Numbered from the stretch's first letter, positions 22,416 to 32,713 are shown. The stretch: DNA of 64,000 nucleotides from an uncultured Pseudomonadota bacterium (GCA_963770835.1 CAVYRH010000026.1:320001-384000), one strand, 5' to 3'. Notes: a model not told the origin generated them from the sequence alone. Translations and numbers: made by a program.

Positions 22416-23069
22416 ATGTCTGATCTAATCGAACAATTTTTTACGCGGGACTTGAGCGAGGCCGAGCATGAGGCCTTGTCCAAGCTATTACAGCAATCGC
22501 CTGAGGCGGCCGTGAAGTACGAGCGCCTTCTGGAGCAGAACTACCTGGCCACGGGTCTTCCCCAGCCCACACTGCCTAAGGGCCTCACCCATTTCCCCAC
22601 AACCGGTGGGAGCCTGCTGGGCAAAAGCATTCTTCTCAAGGTTTTGGCCGTCGGTTTGGCGGCCTTGGCAGGCGGCCTGCTTTGGAAGTTCTGGCCCAAA
22701 TCCAATATTGCCGTCCCGGCGGCCGTGCAACAACCCATTCAGCAGATTCCCCCCGTGATAACCCATAAGAAACCTGCTCCCGTGGAGCCGCTGGCAGCCG
22801 GGCCCAACCAGGAAGGGCAGGAATTGAGCGTGGTTTTGAACGCGGCCCAGAAGTCCCTGGTAACGGTGCGCATCCTCGATCCCAGCGGCAGGGAAGTGCG
22901 GGCCCTCTACACCGGCTTCGTCGATCCTGGCAAGTGGTCCTTCCAATGGGACGGTCTTTTGGAAAACGGGCAGTCGGCCAATGCGGGCGATTACCGCATT
23001 GACGTGCAATCCGGCGCAACCCACCTGACCAAGGACATCCAGATTAAGCTCCAACCTACCTCTAATTAA
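22416..23069 (+). CDS. Putative anti-sigma factor with one TM helix and an extracytoplasmic FlgD-Ig/CTD-like domain
   Basis: Follows the ECF gene. N-terminal helical domain DLSEAEHEALSKLL, TM segment, Pro-rich spacer, then VTVRILDPSGREVRAL...FQWDG...GDYRIDV. Confidence 0.75.
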   Translation: MSDLIEQFFTRDLSEAEHEALSKLLQQSPEAAVKYERLLEQNYLATGLPQPTLPKGLTHFPTTGGSLLGKSILLKVLAVGLAALAGGLLWKFWPKSNIAVPAAVQQPIQQIPPVITHKKPAPVEPLAAGPNQEGQELSVVLNAAQKSLVTVRILDPSGREVRALYTGFVDPGKWSFQWDGLLENGQSANAGDYRIDVQSGATHLTKDIQIKLQPTSN

Positions 23070-23078
23070 TCCAATTGC

Positions 23079-23231
23079 TGTCATTGCGAGGGCTTGGTCC
23101 CCGAATAGGGGACCGGGTTTGCCCGAAGCAACCTCAGTTGAAATAAGCCTTTTCCCAAGGAAGTTATTTTTGAACTGAGGTTGCTTCGTCATCTTCGAGC
23201 CCCTATTCGGGGCTCATTCCTCGCAATGACA
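23079..23231. repeat. REP-like nested palindrome, copy 1
   Basis: TGTCATTGCGAGG...CCTCGCAATGACA outer stem, GAAGCAACCTCAGTT/AACTGAGGTTGCTTC inner stem, CGAATAG/CTATTCG side hairpins. Confidence 0.85.
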
Positions 23232-23306
23232 ACTTTTAAAATCTTGTGTCGGAAGCCCTCCGGGGTGAATAATAATTTTATTCATCCATCCGAAGCCGAG
23301 GTGCTC

Positions 23307-24737
23307 TTGAAACGTTTCCTATTCCCCCTTATTTTCCTGCTGCTCGCCCTCAACAGCCCGGCTTTCGCCCAGTTCAACGGCGACGGCCTCAAGGGCACTT
23401 ATTACACCAACGACAACCTGACTAGCGCGGGCCTAACCGAAGTGGACCCCTGGCTGAGCTTCCTCTGGGACGGCTGTCCGCCCCAGCCCAACATGTCCGT
23501 CTCCGTTTTCTCGGTGCAATGGACGGGCTGGGTGGAACCCGCCTACAGCCAGCCCTACACCTTCACCGTCTACGTGGCAGGCGGGGTGAGCCTGATCGTG
23601 AACGGGCAAACCTTGATCAGCCAATGGACCGATTCGGCCAATACCTCCTACCCGGGCATCATTTCGCTGAGCGCGGGCGTTACCTACCCCCTGGTCGTGG
23701 ATTATTTCACCGACGGCGCCAACCCTACCACCGACCACATCCAACTGATTTGGGCGAGCGCTTCCCAAGCCCAGGAAACCATCCCCCGCCAGTACCTCTT
23801 TTCCGGGGCGGCCTTGAATCCCACTCCCACGCCCCAGGCCAGTTCGGCCTGCCAGGCGGCCGCGGCGAACATCAGCGTCAACGGGTCCCTCGGTGAATGG
23901 GCCTGGGCCGGGCCCGGATGGACCACCGTCAACCGCACCGTGTCGGGCAACACCTACGGAACCTCGGCCAGCTTCAAAACCCTTTGGGATGCCAACAACC
24001 TCTACCTGGGCGTCACCGTCACCGACAGCGCCCTGACCCCCACCGGGAGCGCCAATATTTACAACTATTCGACGGTGGAGTTTTACCTGGACACTACGGA
24101 TTCCCGAAGCGTCACGACGGGCAGCACCGACTATGAATACTTCTTCGGGTGGAACGACACCGCGGCCCAGGAGAGCACGGGAAGGACCACGGGGGTCACG
24201 ATGTCGACCACGACCCTTCCCACGGGCTACGTGGTGGAGGCATCCATCCCCTGGTCCACGCTGGGGATGTCGAGCCCCGGCCCGGGCACGGCGCTAGGTT
24301 TGGACCTGGGTGTGGACGTGAACCACAACGGCGGGAATTGCCGGGACGGGGAGATCATGTGGAACGGGGAAAGGGACGACTACGCCAACGCCAGCGCCTA
24401 CGGCCAGCTGGCCCTGGCGGAGGCCTGCCCCACGCCCGTTTCCACGCCGCCCGCGCCCACCGGGGGCAACCCCTACGTTTCCCCCAACCCCACCAACGGA
24501 ACTTCAGTGCAGTTTGTCTACACCATGGCCGAGGCGGGAACGGCCAACATCAAGGTCTGGAACGCCTGGGGCAACCTGGCGGCCACGATCAGCGAGCCCA
24601 AGGGCGCGGGGGAGCAGTCCAGCGTGCTCAACGTGAGCTCCTTCGCGCCGGGCCATTATTTCTACCGGGTTGAGCTGGATTACGGCCCGGGCAAGGCGGA
24701 CGTCTTCAAGACCCAGGTCCTGGCAGTCAAAAAATGA
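23307..24737 (+). CDS. Secreted PA14 plus CBM9/DOMON-like sugar-binding protein with a variant PNP CTD
   Basis: GDGLKGTYY, FSVQWTGWV (PA14); VNGSLGEW, LWDANNLYLGVTVTD, GYVVEASIPW (CBM9-like); VSPNP...PGHYFYRV. No catalytic motif recognised. Confidence 0.75.
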   Translation: MKRFLFPLIFLLLALNSPAFAQFNGDGLKGTYYTNDNLTSAGLTEVDPWLSFLWDGCPPQPNMSVSVFSVQWTGWVEPAYSQPYTFTVYVAGGVSLIVNGQTLISQWTDSANTSYPGIISLSAGVTYPLVVDYFTDGANPTTDHIQLIWASASQAQETIPRQYLFSGAALNPTPTPQASSACQAAAANISVNGSLGEWAWAGPGWTTVNRTVSGNTYGTSASFKTLWDANNLYLGVTVTDSALTPTGSANIYNYSTVEFYLDTTDSRSVTTGSTDYEYFFGWNDTAAQESTGRTTGVTMSTTTLPTGYVVEASIPWSTLGMSSPGPGTALGLDLGVDVNHNGGNCRDGEIMWNGERDDYANASAYGQLALAEACPTPVSTPPAPTGGNPYVSPNPTNGTSVQFVYTMAEAGTANIKVWNAWGNLAATISEPKGAGEQSSVLNVSSFAPGHYFYRVELDYGPGKADVFKTQVLAVKK

Positions 24738-26200
24738 CCCCAAAATTCTTTGCCACGGATGAACACGAATTCACACGGATAAAAAATCAGGATGAATTCC
24801 GGCCAGTCCGTTTTTTAAAAATCCTCGAAAATTTCTTTCATCCGTGTGTATCCGTGTTCATCCGTGGCATTGTTTTGTTTTCCTTTGCCCAATCGCTTTT
24901 TGCCCAGACGGTCACCAGTACCGCGGGGCTGGTCACCCCGCTTTCGGCCCTCGGAGCCTCGGCCCGGGCCGACGCCCTGGGCGGCGCGCTGGTGGGACTG
25001 GCGGACGATCCTTCGGCGATCTTCTACAACAGCGCCGGGCTTTCCCAGCTGAAGGCGGCGAGCCTTTCCATCAACCACAACAGCTACCTGGCCAGTTCCT
25101 TCGAGGAAACCCTGCTCTTCGGCCTGCCCACGGGGCACCTGGGAGGCTTCGGGGCGGCCTTGCAGTACGTCTCCTGGGGCGGCCTGGACGAGCGGGACGT
25201 CAACGGTGTCTCCCTGGGCACTTTCACCGACAGCGACGTGGCCTTCAGCCTGGGCTGGGGTTTTCCACTAGCCCGGGGATTTTCCCTGGGGGCGGCCCTG
25301 CACGGCATCCAGCAGAAAGTCGTGGATTCACTCTATACCGGCCTTTCGGGTGACCTGGGAATGCTTTGGGCCCCCGATCCCAACCTTCACTTGGGGCTCG
25401 CCTACACGGGCCTGGGGACTTCGGTTGCGAGTTTCAACCCCGCCCAGGACCTGCATGGAGGCATATCCGTTTTTTTGCCCCTGGGAAAAGACGTAAACCT
25501 TCTGCCACTCGCCTCCGGCGATTGGCAGCCCAACGGGGTGAGCCGAATCCAGGGCGGTTTGGAAGGGGCCTTCGCGCGAAGCTATTTCCTGCGGGTGGGC
25601 TACCAGGGCGCCTTGGCGAACAACCAGATCAACGGATTGACGGGGTTCACGGCCGGCGCGGGGCTTCGACTGGGCCAGTTCCAATTGGACTACGCCTTCG
25701 TGCCCTACGGGGACCTGGGCGACACAAACCGCATCAGCGTGGGATACGAGTTTCCCAATCCCACCCCCGTGGTTTCCAAACCCGTGACGGTGATCTCCAA
25801 TCCGGTGACCGTGCAGGCCCCGCCGGTGACGGTGGTGGCGACACCCGCACCTACGCCGGTGGCGGCGGGGGCATCCAAATCGAAAGTCGAGGTCCTCTTC
25901 GCCCTGCCGGGAGCGGCGGCAACGCCCGCGGGGAATTCCCAGGCTTCCACTCTGCTGGCGCCCTATGAACAGGCGGCCCAGCAGAACCCCGGCGACAGCC
26001 GGGCCTGGCGGAACCTGGGGATCATGTACCTGAGGACGGGCCAACCCGCTTTGGGAATCCAATGCCTGGAGCAGTCCCTGCGCCTAAACCCCAACGACCT
26101 GGCCCTGAAGCAATGGCTGGACGATTACCGGTCTAAGCATCCCACCCCCCCCTTAAGTTTTAATCTGTCATTCCCCGCAATGACATCTAAACCAACCTAA
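24734..26200 (+). CDS. PorV/PorQ-like (UPF0164, FadL-like) outer-membrane beta-barrel with a C-terminal TPR
   Basis: GASARADALGGA...ADDPSAIFYNSAGL N-terminus, FLRVGY, GFTAGAG, LDYAFVPYGDLGDTNRISVGYEF, then TPR-like AWRNLGIMYL...EQSLRLNPND. ATGA overlap with the upstream gene. Confidence 0.8.
   Translation: MTPKFFATDEHEFTRIKNQDEFRPVRFLKILENFFHPCVSVFIRGIVLFSFAQSLFAQTVTSTAGLVTPLSALGASARADALGGALVGLADDPSAIFYNSAGLSQLKAASLSINHNSYLASSFEETLLFGLPTGHLGGFGAALQYVSWGGLDERDVNGVSLGTFTDSDVAFSLGWGFPLARGFSLGAALHGIQQKVVDSLYTGLSGDLGMLWAPDPNLHLGLAYTGLGTSVASFNPAQDLHGGISVFLPLGKDVNLLPLASGDWQPNGVSRIQGGLEGAFARSYFLRVGYQGALANNQINGLTGFTAGAGLRLGQFQLDYAFVPYGDLGDTNRISVGYEFPNPTPVVSKPVTVISNPVTVQAPPVTVVATPAPTPVAAGASKSKVEVLFALPGAAATPAGNSQASTLLAPYEQAAQQNPGDSRAWRNLGIMYLRTGQPALGIQCLEQSLRLNPNDLALKQWLDDYRSKHPTPPLSFNLSFPAMTSKPT
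24751..24869. repeat. Palindromic element with 9-bp-periodic arms, read in frame within the PorV-like N-terminus
   Basis: TGCCACGGATGAACACGAATTCACACGGAT ... ATCCGTGTGTATCCGTGTTCATCCGTGGCA. Confidence 0.8.
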
Positions 26201-26269
26201 CACCCCTGAAACCGATGAAAGCAAGCGTATTTCCAGTCTTCCCCCAACGGACGATTTTTTCCACCGGAC

Positions 26270-26300
26270 GGGAATAAAGCGCCCTTATCCAAACACCAAT
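26270..26300 (+). promoter_or_regulatory. Candidate ECF-sigma promoter upstream of GH30
   Basis: GGGAATAAA-N12-AAACACCAAT, matching 21686-21716. Confidence 0.5.
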
Positions 26301-26394
26301 CTAAGTAGGGAAGAACTTGCTTTGGGGAAGCACGTCCTTTTCCGACCCCGGCTTATTTGCAATTTAGACCGGAATGAAAATCGAGGGGATCGAC

Positions 26395-29145
26395 ATGAAA
26401 AAGAAATCGTTTCTCAGCCTTTTCGTTTTAGCGGCGCTTGCAAGCGCCAGCGCGGCTTGGGCCGGCACCTGTACGATAAACGCAACCCAGACCAACCAAT
26501 ACATTCATTGCATCGGGGCGTCCAGCGCTTGGAGCGGCATCAACGGTTTGGGAACCGAGTTATTCGCGGACGACAACGTGAACGGCCATATCGGACTTCA
26601 ATCCCTGAGGGCCCGGATCGATCCCACCAACAACTTTTCTCCCGAAGTGAGTACCTTGGTTTCCGCCAAGGCCGTCAATCCCAATATCCTATTCTGGGCC
26701 ACCGAATGGTCCCCTCCCGCCCAATACAAGGCCAACGATAACGTCGATGGCGGCGCCAGCAACGATACCTTCCTGGGAGCCAGCTCCGGAGCGGCCAACA
26801 GCGACGATACGGGATTGGCGAGTTACCAAGTCTCGTTTATCCAATATTGCAAGAACCAAGGCATCAACCTTTACGCCCTTTCCGTCCAGAACGAACCGAA
26901 TTTCAACCCCACCTACGAGGCCTGCCTTTGGTCGGCTGGCCAGTTTGATGTCTATGTCAAGGCCTTTTATAGCGCCCTCCAGAGCGCCGGCCTTTCGACC
27001 AAAATTATGATTCCAGAGCCGGACAACCCGGGCGGCATGAACCTGGCCTCCACGGCAATGGCCGACTCTACCGCGGCCCCTGAAATCGGCATCATCGCCT
27101 CCCACGCCTACGGCGAAAACCTCGCCCCTCTTTCTTCCTACGGCTTCAGCAACGTCACGAACCAGGAATGGTGGGAAAGTGAGATCTCCGGGAACACGAC
27201 CGATGTGCCGGGCGCCTTGCAGGAAGCGGGTTGGATCCATACCAGCCTGGTAGATGCCGGCACGAACGCCTTCCATTATTGGTGGATCCAGGACCTTTAC
27301 AGCGGCAGCAGCCTCGACATCAAGGCTTTCGTCCTGGGCAATTACAGTAAATTCATCCGTCCCGGCTATTACCGTATGGGCGCGACCGAGGTCCCCTCGT
27401 CCGGGGTATCGGTGAGCGCGTTCAAGAACACGAATACTTCCTCGCCACAGACCATCGTCTTCGTGGCCATCAACAGCAACGGCTCATCGGTCAACCAGAC
27501 CTTCACGATCAGCGGGGTCAATGTGACTTCGGTGACCCCTTGGGTGACCAACGGGAGCACCAACCTCGTCGCGCAACCCGCCGTGGCCGTTTCAGGGGGA
27601 AGTTTTACCTATTCCCTGACTCCCAGCAGTGTTACGTCCTTCGTGGGCGTGGTCAGCGGAACCGTTGCCAACACCCCCACTTTCACCCCGGTGCCGCCAA
27701 CGGCCACCCACACCAACACGCCGGTGCCTCCGACGGCCACCTTTACGCACACCAATACGCCCGTGCCGCCGACCGCGACCTTTACTTTCACGGCAACTTC
27801 CACCGCGACGAAAACCAACACCCCGGTGCCTCCGACGGCCACGGCCACTTTTACCGCCACTCATACCAATACTCCCGTGCCACCGACGAACACCTTTACG
27901 GCTGTGCCGCCAACACCGACCCAGACCAACACGCCCGTGCCTCCGACGGCCACTAACACGGCTTTGCCGCCCACGTTGACGAACACGCCGGCACCCCCGA
28001 CGGCCACGAATACGGCCGCGCCACCGACCAGTACCTTCACCGCGGCGCCCCCAACGGCGACCTTCACCTTCACGTTGACACCGTTGCCGCCGACAGTGAC
28101 CAACACGCCGCTGCCTGCGACGGCCACCAACACGGCTTTGCCGCCAACGAGCACGCCGACGTTTACTTCGGTGCCGCCCACATCTACCTTCACCCACACA
28201 CCGGTTCCGCCGACCAATACCTTTACAGCCGTTCCTCCCACGGTAACACCGACATTCACCTTGACACCAGTGCCTCCGACGCCCACGGATACGATCGTGG
28301 TTTCCGGCGGCAGCTTTGAGGTACAACTCTTGAGCGCCGTCACCAGCGCCAACACCAACAGCCCCCATCCCCAGATCCAGATCGTCAACACGGGGACGGG
28401 TTCCTTGAACCTGAACAACGTCACGGTCCGGTATTGGTTCAACTGCGACTGCACTACCCAAAGCCTGCAGGCCTGGGTGGACTGGGCTGGCCTGATCCCC
28501 CAGGGGACGAGCGAGACCGGAAACGTGCATATTTCCGTCCTACCCACCAGCTTGGGCGGGCAGACAGACTATGTACTCTACAGCTTCACGGGCAATATCG
28601 TACTGCCGCCGGGCGGAATCCTGCAGATCCAGAGCCGGTTCAACAAGAGCGACTGGAGCAATATGAACCAGTCCAACGACTGGAGCTTCGCGCCCTATAC
28701 CAGCTTCACCAACGCGCAAGACGTGACGGGTTACCTGAACGGAAGCCTGGTTTGGGGCCAGCAACCGGCGGCCACCAATGCCGCCGCCTTGACGGCTTCC
28801 AGCGCGCTGGCCTTCCCGAACCCCTCCACGGGGAACGGGACGACCTTGTCCTTCACACTGGGAGGAAACTCCACCGGCGTGCGTGCGGCGGACTTGGGCA
28901 GTTCGGCCATCGTGGACCCGAACGCCAAGATCACGCTGGGCATCTACACCTTAGCGGGACGGCTCATCTGGAGCCAGACGCTGACGGGTGGCGGCTACGG
29001 GAGCACGGGACAACATGACGTTTACTGGAATGAGAAGGACCTGAGGGGTTCGGGCCTTGCCAACGGGGTCTACCTGCTGAAGGTGACCGTGCAATCCAAC
29101 GGCCAGACCAGCTCCACCATCGCCAAGATCCTCATCCTCGGATAA
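26395..29145 (+). CDS. GH30 glycoside hydrolase with Pro/Thr linker, CBM3-like domain and class-A CTD
   Basis: Signal peptide, [28 protein letters not shown]3-like and CTD motifs. Confidence 0.9.
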   Translation: MKKKSFLSLFVLAALASASAAWAGTCTINATQTNQYIHCIGASSAWSGINGLGTELFADDNVNGHIGLQSLRARIDPTNNFSPEVSTLVSAKAVNPNILFWATEWSPPAQYKANDNVDGGASNDTFLGASSGAANSDDTGLASYQVSFIQYCKNQGINLYALSVQNEPNFNPTYEACLWSAGQFDVYVKAFYSALQSAGLSTKIMIPEPDNPGGMNLASTAMADSTAAPEIGIIASHAYGENLAPLSSYGFSNVTNQEWWESEISGNTTDVPGALQEAGWIHTSLVDAGTNAFHYWWIQDLYSGSSLDIKAFVLGNYSKFIRPGYYRMGATEVPSSGVSVSAFKNTNTSSPQTIVFVAINSNGSSVNQTFTISGVNVTSVTPWVTNGSTNLVAQPAVAVSGGSFTYSLTPSSVTSFVGVVSGTVANTPTFTPVPPTATHTNTPVPPTATFTHTNTPVPPTATFTFTATSTATKTNTPVPPTATATFTATHTNTPVPPTNTFTAVPPTPTQTNTPVPPTATNTALPPTLTNTPAPPTATNTAAPPTSTFTAAPPTATFTFTLTPLPPTVTNTPLPATATNTALPPTSTPTFTSVPPTSTFTHTPVPPTNTFTAVPPTVTPTFTLTPVPPTPTDTIVVSGGSFEVQLLSAVTSANTNSPHPQIQIVNTGTGSLNLNNVTVRYWFNCDCTTQSLQAWVDWAGLIPQGTSETGNVHISVLPTSLGGQTDYVLYSFTGNIVLPPGGILQIQSRFNKSDWSNMNQSNDWSFAPYTSFTNAQDVTGYLNGSLVWGQQPAATNAAALTASSALAFPNPSTGNGTTLSFTLGGNSTGVRAADLGSSAIVDPNAKITLGIYTLAGRLIWSQTLTGGGYGSTGQHDVYWNEKDLRGSGLANGVYLLKVTVQSNGQTSSTIAKILILG

Positions 29146-29167
29146 GGATTTTAAAGAAAGAGTAGTT

Positions 29168-29261
29168 CCTGATTCAGCCCGCCGGGGCACATCCAAGTTG
29201 ATCTAAGACTTGGGCGTCGAGGATTCAAATGGGGCGGATGTTTCTCCGGCGGGGAATCGGG
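29168..29261 (+). repeat. Long hairpin element downstream of a class-A CTD gene, copy 1
   Basis: CCTGATTC/GAATCGGG, CCCGCCGG/CCGGCGGG, ACATCC/GGATGT stems with inner CCAAGT/ACTTGG; near-identical copy at 32563-32656. Confidence 0.7.
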
Positions 29262-29428
29262 TTTACCAACCCATTCCCCACCTCAACAGAAATCGAAGGC
29301 TGGAAGATCTTCAAACTTGGGATTTGGTTGTCGGACTGGGAGCGGTTCCGGTAAATCCTGGTTTTGTTTCAGCCGTCTCATTTGACAAGCGAACCAGTTG
29401 AACCGGATCAACTCCAAGGAGATCGCCG

Positions 29429-32400
29429 ATGAAAATCTTAAAAGCTGCGTTGCCAAACCTCATCATCCTGTTGCTGGGTGCGAACCTTTCCGCGCTTTAC
29501 GCCCAAACCTTGCCCACCTCGTTTTCATGGACATCGACCGGGCCCCTCATTAGCCCCAAGAGCGACTCCACCCACAATATGATCGCGGTCAAGGACCCCT
29601 CTACCGTCTACTACAACGGCCAATACATTGTTTATGCCTCCTCGGTCAACTCCGCGGGCAACTATGGCATGGAATACCTGCACTTCACCGACTGGAGCCA
29701 GGCCGGCGCCGCAACCCCCTATTTCATGGACAACACCCCCGGCTTCTCGGGCTATCACACCGCGCCCCAAGTTTTCTATTTCGCCCCGCAGAAAAAGTGG
29801 TACCTGATCTTCCAGAGCGGCCAGCCGCAGTACTCCACCAACAGCGACCCCACCCAGCCCCAGAACTGGACCACTCCGACTAATTTCTTCGCGTCGCAGC
29901 CCTCGAGCGTGAGCGCTTGGATCGATTTCTGGATCATCAGCGATTCCACTAACGTCTACCTTTTCTTCTGCGGCGACAACGGGAACTTCTACCGGAGCTC
30001 GACGTCCCTCGCTAACTTCCCAAATGGTTTCAATACTCCCGTCATCGTCTACTCAGATTCCGAGTTCAATCTCTTCGAGGCCGACAATGTCTATACCGTC
30101 GAGCAAACCGGTACGTACCTGGCCGACGTCGAATGCATCGGCAGCGACGGACACCGTTTCTTCCGCGCCTTGAGCGCCCCCACCCTCGGCGGCGCCTGGA
30201 CTGCCCTTGGCAATACGGCGAGCCTCAATACTCCCTTTTTGGGAGCGCACAACGTCACCTTCCAATCCGGCGTCTCTAGCTGGACCAGCGACTTCAGCAG
30301 CGGCGGGGCGGTGATCGACGGCTATGACTCAACCGATTCCATCAACCTCAACAACCTGACCTTTCTCTACCAGGGCGACGTTCCCAATAGTGACTCCTAC
30401 AATCTGATTCCCTGGCAACTCGCCCTGGTATCCTCCAAGGCTAATACGACCACTAGCCCGACCGCCACCCCGACGCCGGTGCCGCCCACGGCCACACCCA
30501 CGCATACCAATACCCCTGTGCCCCCCACCGCCACCTTCACGTCCACCCGGACGGCCACCCCGGTGGTGGCCTCCACTTGGCGTGTGAACGCGGGTGGGCC
30601 GGCCTATGCCGATTCCTTGGGCAACCTCTGGGCCGCGGATGAGAACTTCAACGGTGGGTCCACCATCGCCCAGGGCGGGGCCGTCACGGGAACGAACGAC
30701 TCCACCCTTTACGATACCCAGCGCTACGGGACCAGTTTCAGCTATTCCTTCAACGTCCCGGCGGGCAGCTACCAGGTGACCCTGAAGCTGGCCGAAACCT
30801 ATTCGGGCGACTTCGCTTCGGGAGACCGGGTCTTCAACATCTCCATCAATGGGGCCGCGGTGGCCTCGAACCTGGACATCTTCGCCCAGGTGGGTTCCAA
30901 CACGGCGGACGACAAGGTGTACAACAACGTGTCGCCGGTGAACGGCGTCATCACCATCCAATTCACGGGTGGAACCAGCACGGACACCAACGCGGTGGTG
31001 GATGCTCTTCAGGTCATTCCCCAACCGCCCACGCCGACCTTTACTTTTACCGCCACTAAGACCTCGACGCCGTCGTCCACCCCGACTTCAACGGCCACCA
31101 GCACGGCCACGCCGACTCGGACGAATACATTGACAGCGACGCCGTCAAGCACGCCGACGAATACGCCGGTGCCGCCTACTGCTACATTTACCTTTACGGC
31201 GATTCCGCCTACGTCGACGTTCACCGTGACTCCTGTGCCCCCGACGGCGACGAATACACCGGTGCCCCCGACGGCAACCTTTACCTTTACTTCGGTGCCG
31301 CCCACGGTGACCTTCACTTTCACGGCCGTTCCGCCTACTTCCACGAACACGGCCTTGCCGCTTACAGCCACTGGCACGCCAGTGCCGCCAACGGTAACCA
31401 ATACGCCGGTTCCCCCGACAGTGACAAATACGCCTTTACCCCCAACGGCGACTAACACCCCATTGCCGCCAACTGCGACATTCACTTTCACGGCCGTTCC
31501 GCCAACGGCCACGCGGACCTTTACACCGGTTCCTCCCACGGCGACGGCGACTTTCACGCCCACTCCGGTGCCACCCACGCTGACCTTTACCCGTACCCCG
31601 GTGCCGCCGACCAATACGCCGACATTTACGGCCGTGCCTCCAACAGCCACTTTCACTCCGACACCGGTGCCGCCGACACCCACGAATACGATTGTGGTTT
31701 CCAGTGGCAGCTTTGAGGTGCAACTCTTGAGCGCCGTCACCGGCGCCAACACCAACAGCCCCCATCCCCAGATCCAGATCGTGAACACGGGGACCGGGCC
31801 CTTGAACCTGAACAATGTCACGGTCCGCTACTGGTTCAACTGCGACTGCACCACCCAAAGCCTGCAAGCCTGGGTGGACTGGGCCGGGTTGATGCCCAGC
31901 GGCGCGAACGTCACCGGCGACGTCCAGGTCTCGGTGCAGTCCACTTCACTCGGCGGGCAGACCGACTACGTCCTCTATAGCTTCACGGGGAACATGGTGC
32001 TGCAACCCGGACAAATGATCCAAGTACAGGGCCGGTTCAACAAGAGCGACTGGAGCAACATGAACCAGTCCAATGACTGGAGCTTCGCGCCCTATACCAG
32101 CTTCACGAACGCTCAAGACGTGACGGGTTACCTGAATGGAAGCCTGGTTTGGGGAGAGCAACCGGCGGCCACCAATGCCGCCGCATTGACGGCTTCCAGC
32201 GCCCTTGCCTTCCCGAACCCCTCCACGGGCACTGGGACGACCCTGTCCTTTACGCTTGGGGGAAGCTCGAACGGGGTGAGGGCCTCGGATGTGAACAGCC
32301 AAGCGATCGTAGACCCGAACGCCAAGATCACGCTGGGCATTTACACCTTAGCCGGAAGGCTCATCTGGAGCCAAACGCTGACGGGTGGCGGCTACGGGAG

Positions 32401-32542
32401 CACGGGACAACATGACGTTTACTGGAACGAGAAGGACCTGAAGGGCTCGGGCCTGGCCAACGGGGTCTACCTGCTGAAGGTGACCGTGCAATCCAACGGC
32501 CAGACCAGCTCCACCATCGCCAAGATCCTCATCCTCGGATAA
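29429..32542 (+). CDS. GH62 alpha-L-arabinofuranosidase with malectin-like domain, Pro/Thr linker, CBM3-like domain and class-A CTD
   Basis: FSWTSTGPLISPK, AVKDPS, APQVFYFAPQKKWYL, IDFWII, NLFEA, FLYQG, YNLIPWQL are GH62 hallmarks. Confidence 0.9.
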   Translation: MKILKAALPNLIILLLGANLSALYAQTLPTSFSWTSTGPLISPKSDSTHNMIAVKDPSTVYYNGQYIVYASSVNSAGNYGMEYLHFTDWSQAGAATPYFMDNTPGFSGYHTAPQVFYFAPQKKWYLIFQSGQPQYSTNSDPTQPQNWTTPTNFFASQPSSVSAWIDFWIISDSTNVYLFFCGDNGNFYRSSTSLANFPNGFNTPVIVYSDSEFNLFEADNVYTVEQTGTYLADVECIGSDGHRFFRALSAPTLGGAWTALGNTASLNTPFLGAHNVTFQSGVSSWTSDFSSGGAVIDGYDSTDSINLNNLTFLYQGDVPNSDSYNLIPWQLALVSSKANTTTSPTATPTPVPPTATPTHTNTPVPPTATFTSTRTATPVVASTWRVNAGGPAYADSLGNLWAADENFNGGSTIAQGGAVTGTNDSTLYDTQRYGTSFSYSFNVPAGSYQVTLKLAETYSGDFASGDRVFNISINGAAVASNLDIFAQVGSNTADDKVYNNVSPVNGVITIQFTGGTSTDTNAVVDALQVIPQPPTPTFTFTATKTSTPSSTPTSTATSTATPTRTNTLTATPSSTPTNTPVPPTATFTFTAIPPTSTFTVTPVPPTATNTPVPPTATFTFTSVPPTVTFTFTAVPPTSTNTALPLTATGTPVPPTVTNTPVPPTVTNTPLPPTATNTPLPPTATFTFTAVPPTATRTFTPVPPTATATFTPTPVPPTLTFTRTPVPPTNTPTFTAVPPTATFTPTPVPPTPTNTIVVSSGSFEVQLLSAVTGANTNSPHPQIQIVNTGTGPLNLNNVTVRYWFNCDCTTQSLQAWVDWAGLMPSGANVTGDVQVSVQSTSLGGQTDYVLYSFTGNMVLQPGQMIQVQGRFNKSDWSNMNQSNDWSFAPYTSFTNAQDVTGYLNGSLVWGEQPAATNAAALTASSALAFPNPSTGTGTTLSFTLGGSSNGVRASDVNSQAIVDPNAKITLGIYTLAGRLIWSQTLTGGGYGSTGQHDVYWNEKDLKGSGLANGVYLLKVTVQSNGQTSSTIAKILILG

Positions 32543-32562
32543 GGATCAAAGAAAGGGTAGTC

Positions 32563-32656
32563 CCTGATTCGACCCGCCGGGGCACATCCAAGTTGATCTA
32601 AGACTTGGGCGTCGAGGATTCAAATGGGGCGGATGTTCCTCCGGCGGGGGATCGGG
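32563..32656 (+). repeat. Long hairpin element, copy 2
   Basis: Near-identical to 29168-29261. Confidence 0.7.
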
Positions 32657-32713
32657 TTTCAACCCGGTTCCCGGCCCACTCCGAATTTCATCCATAGAGA
32701 AAATGATTGGATT

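Noticed and set aside
23181..23306. N-terminal ORF extensions at 23181, 54259, 60873 and 62893
   Set aside because: They run through palindromic repeats; better RBS-linked starts lie downstream.
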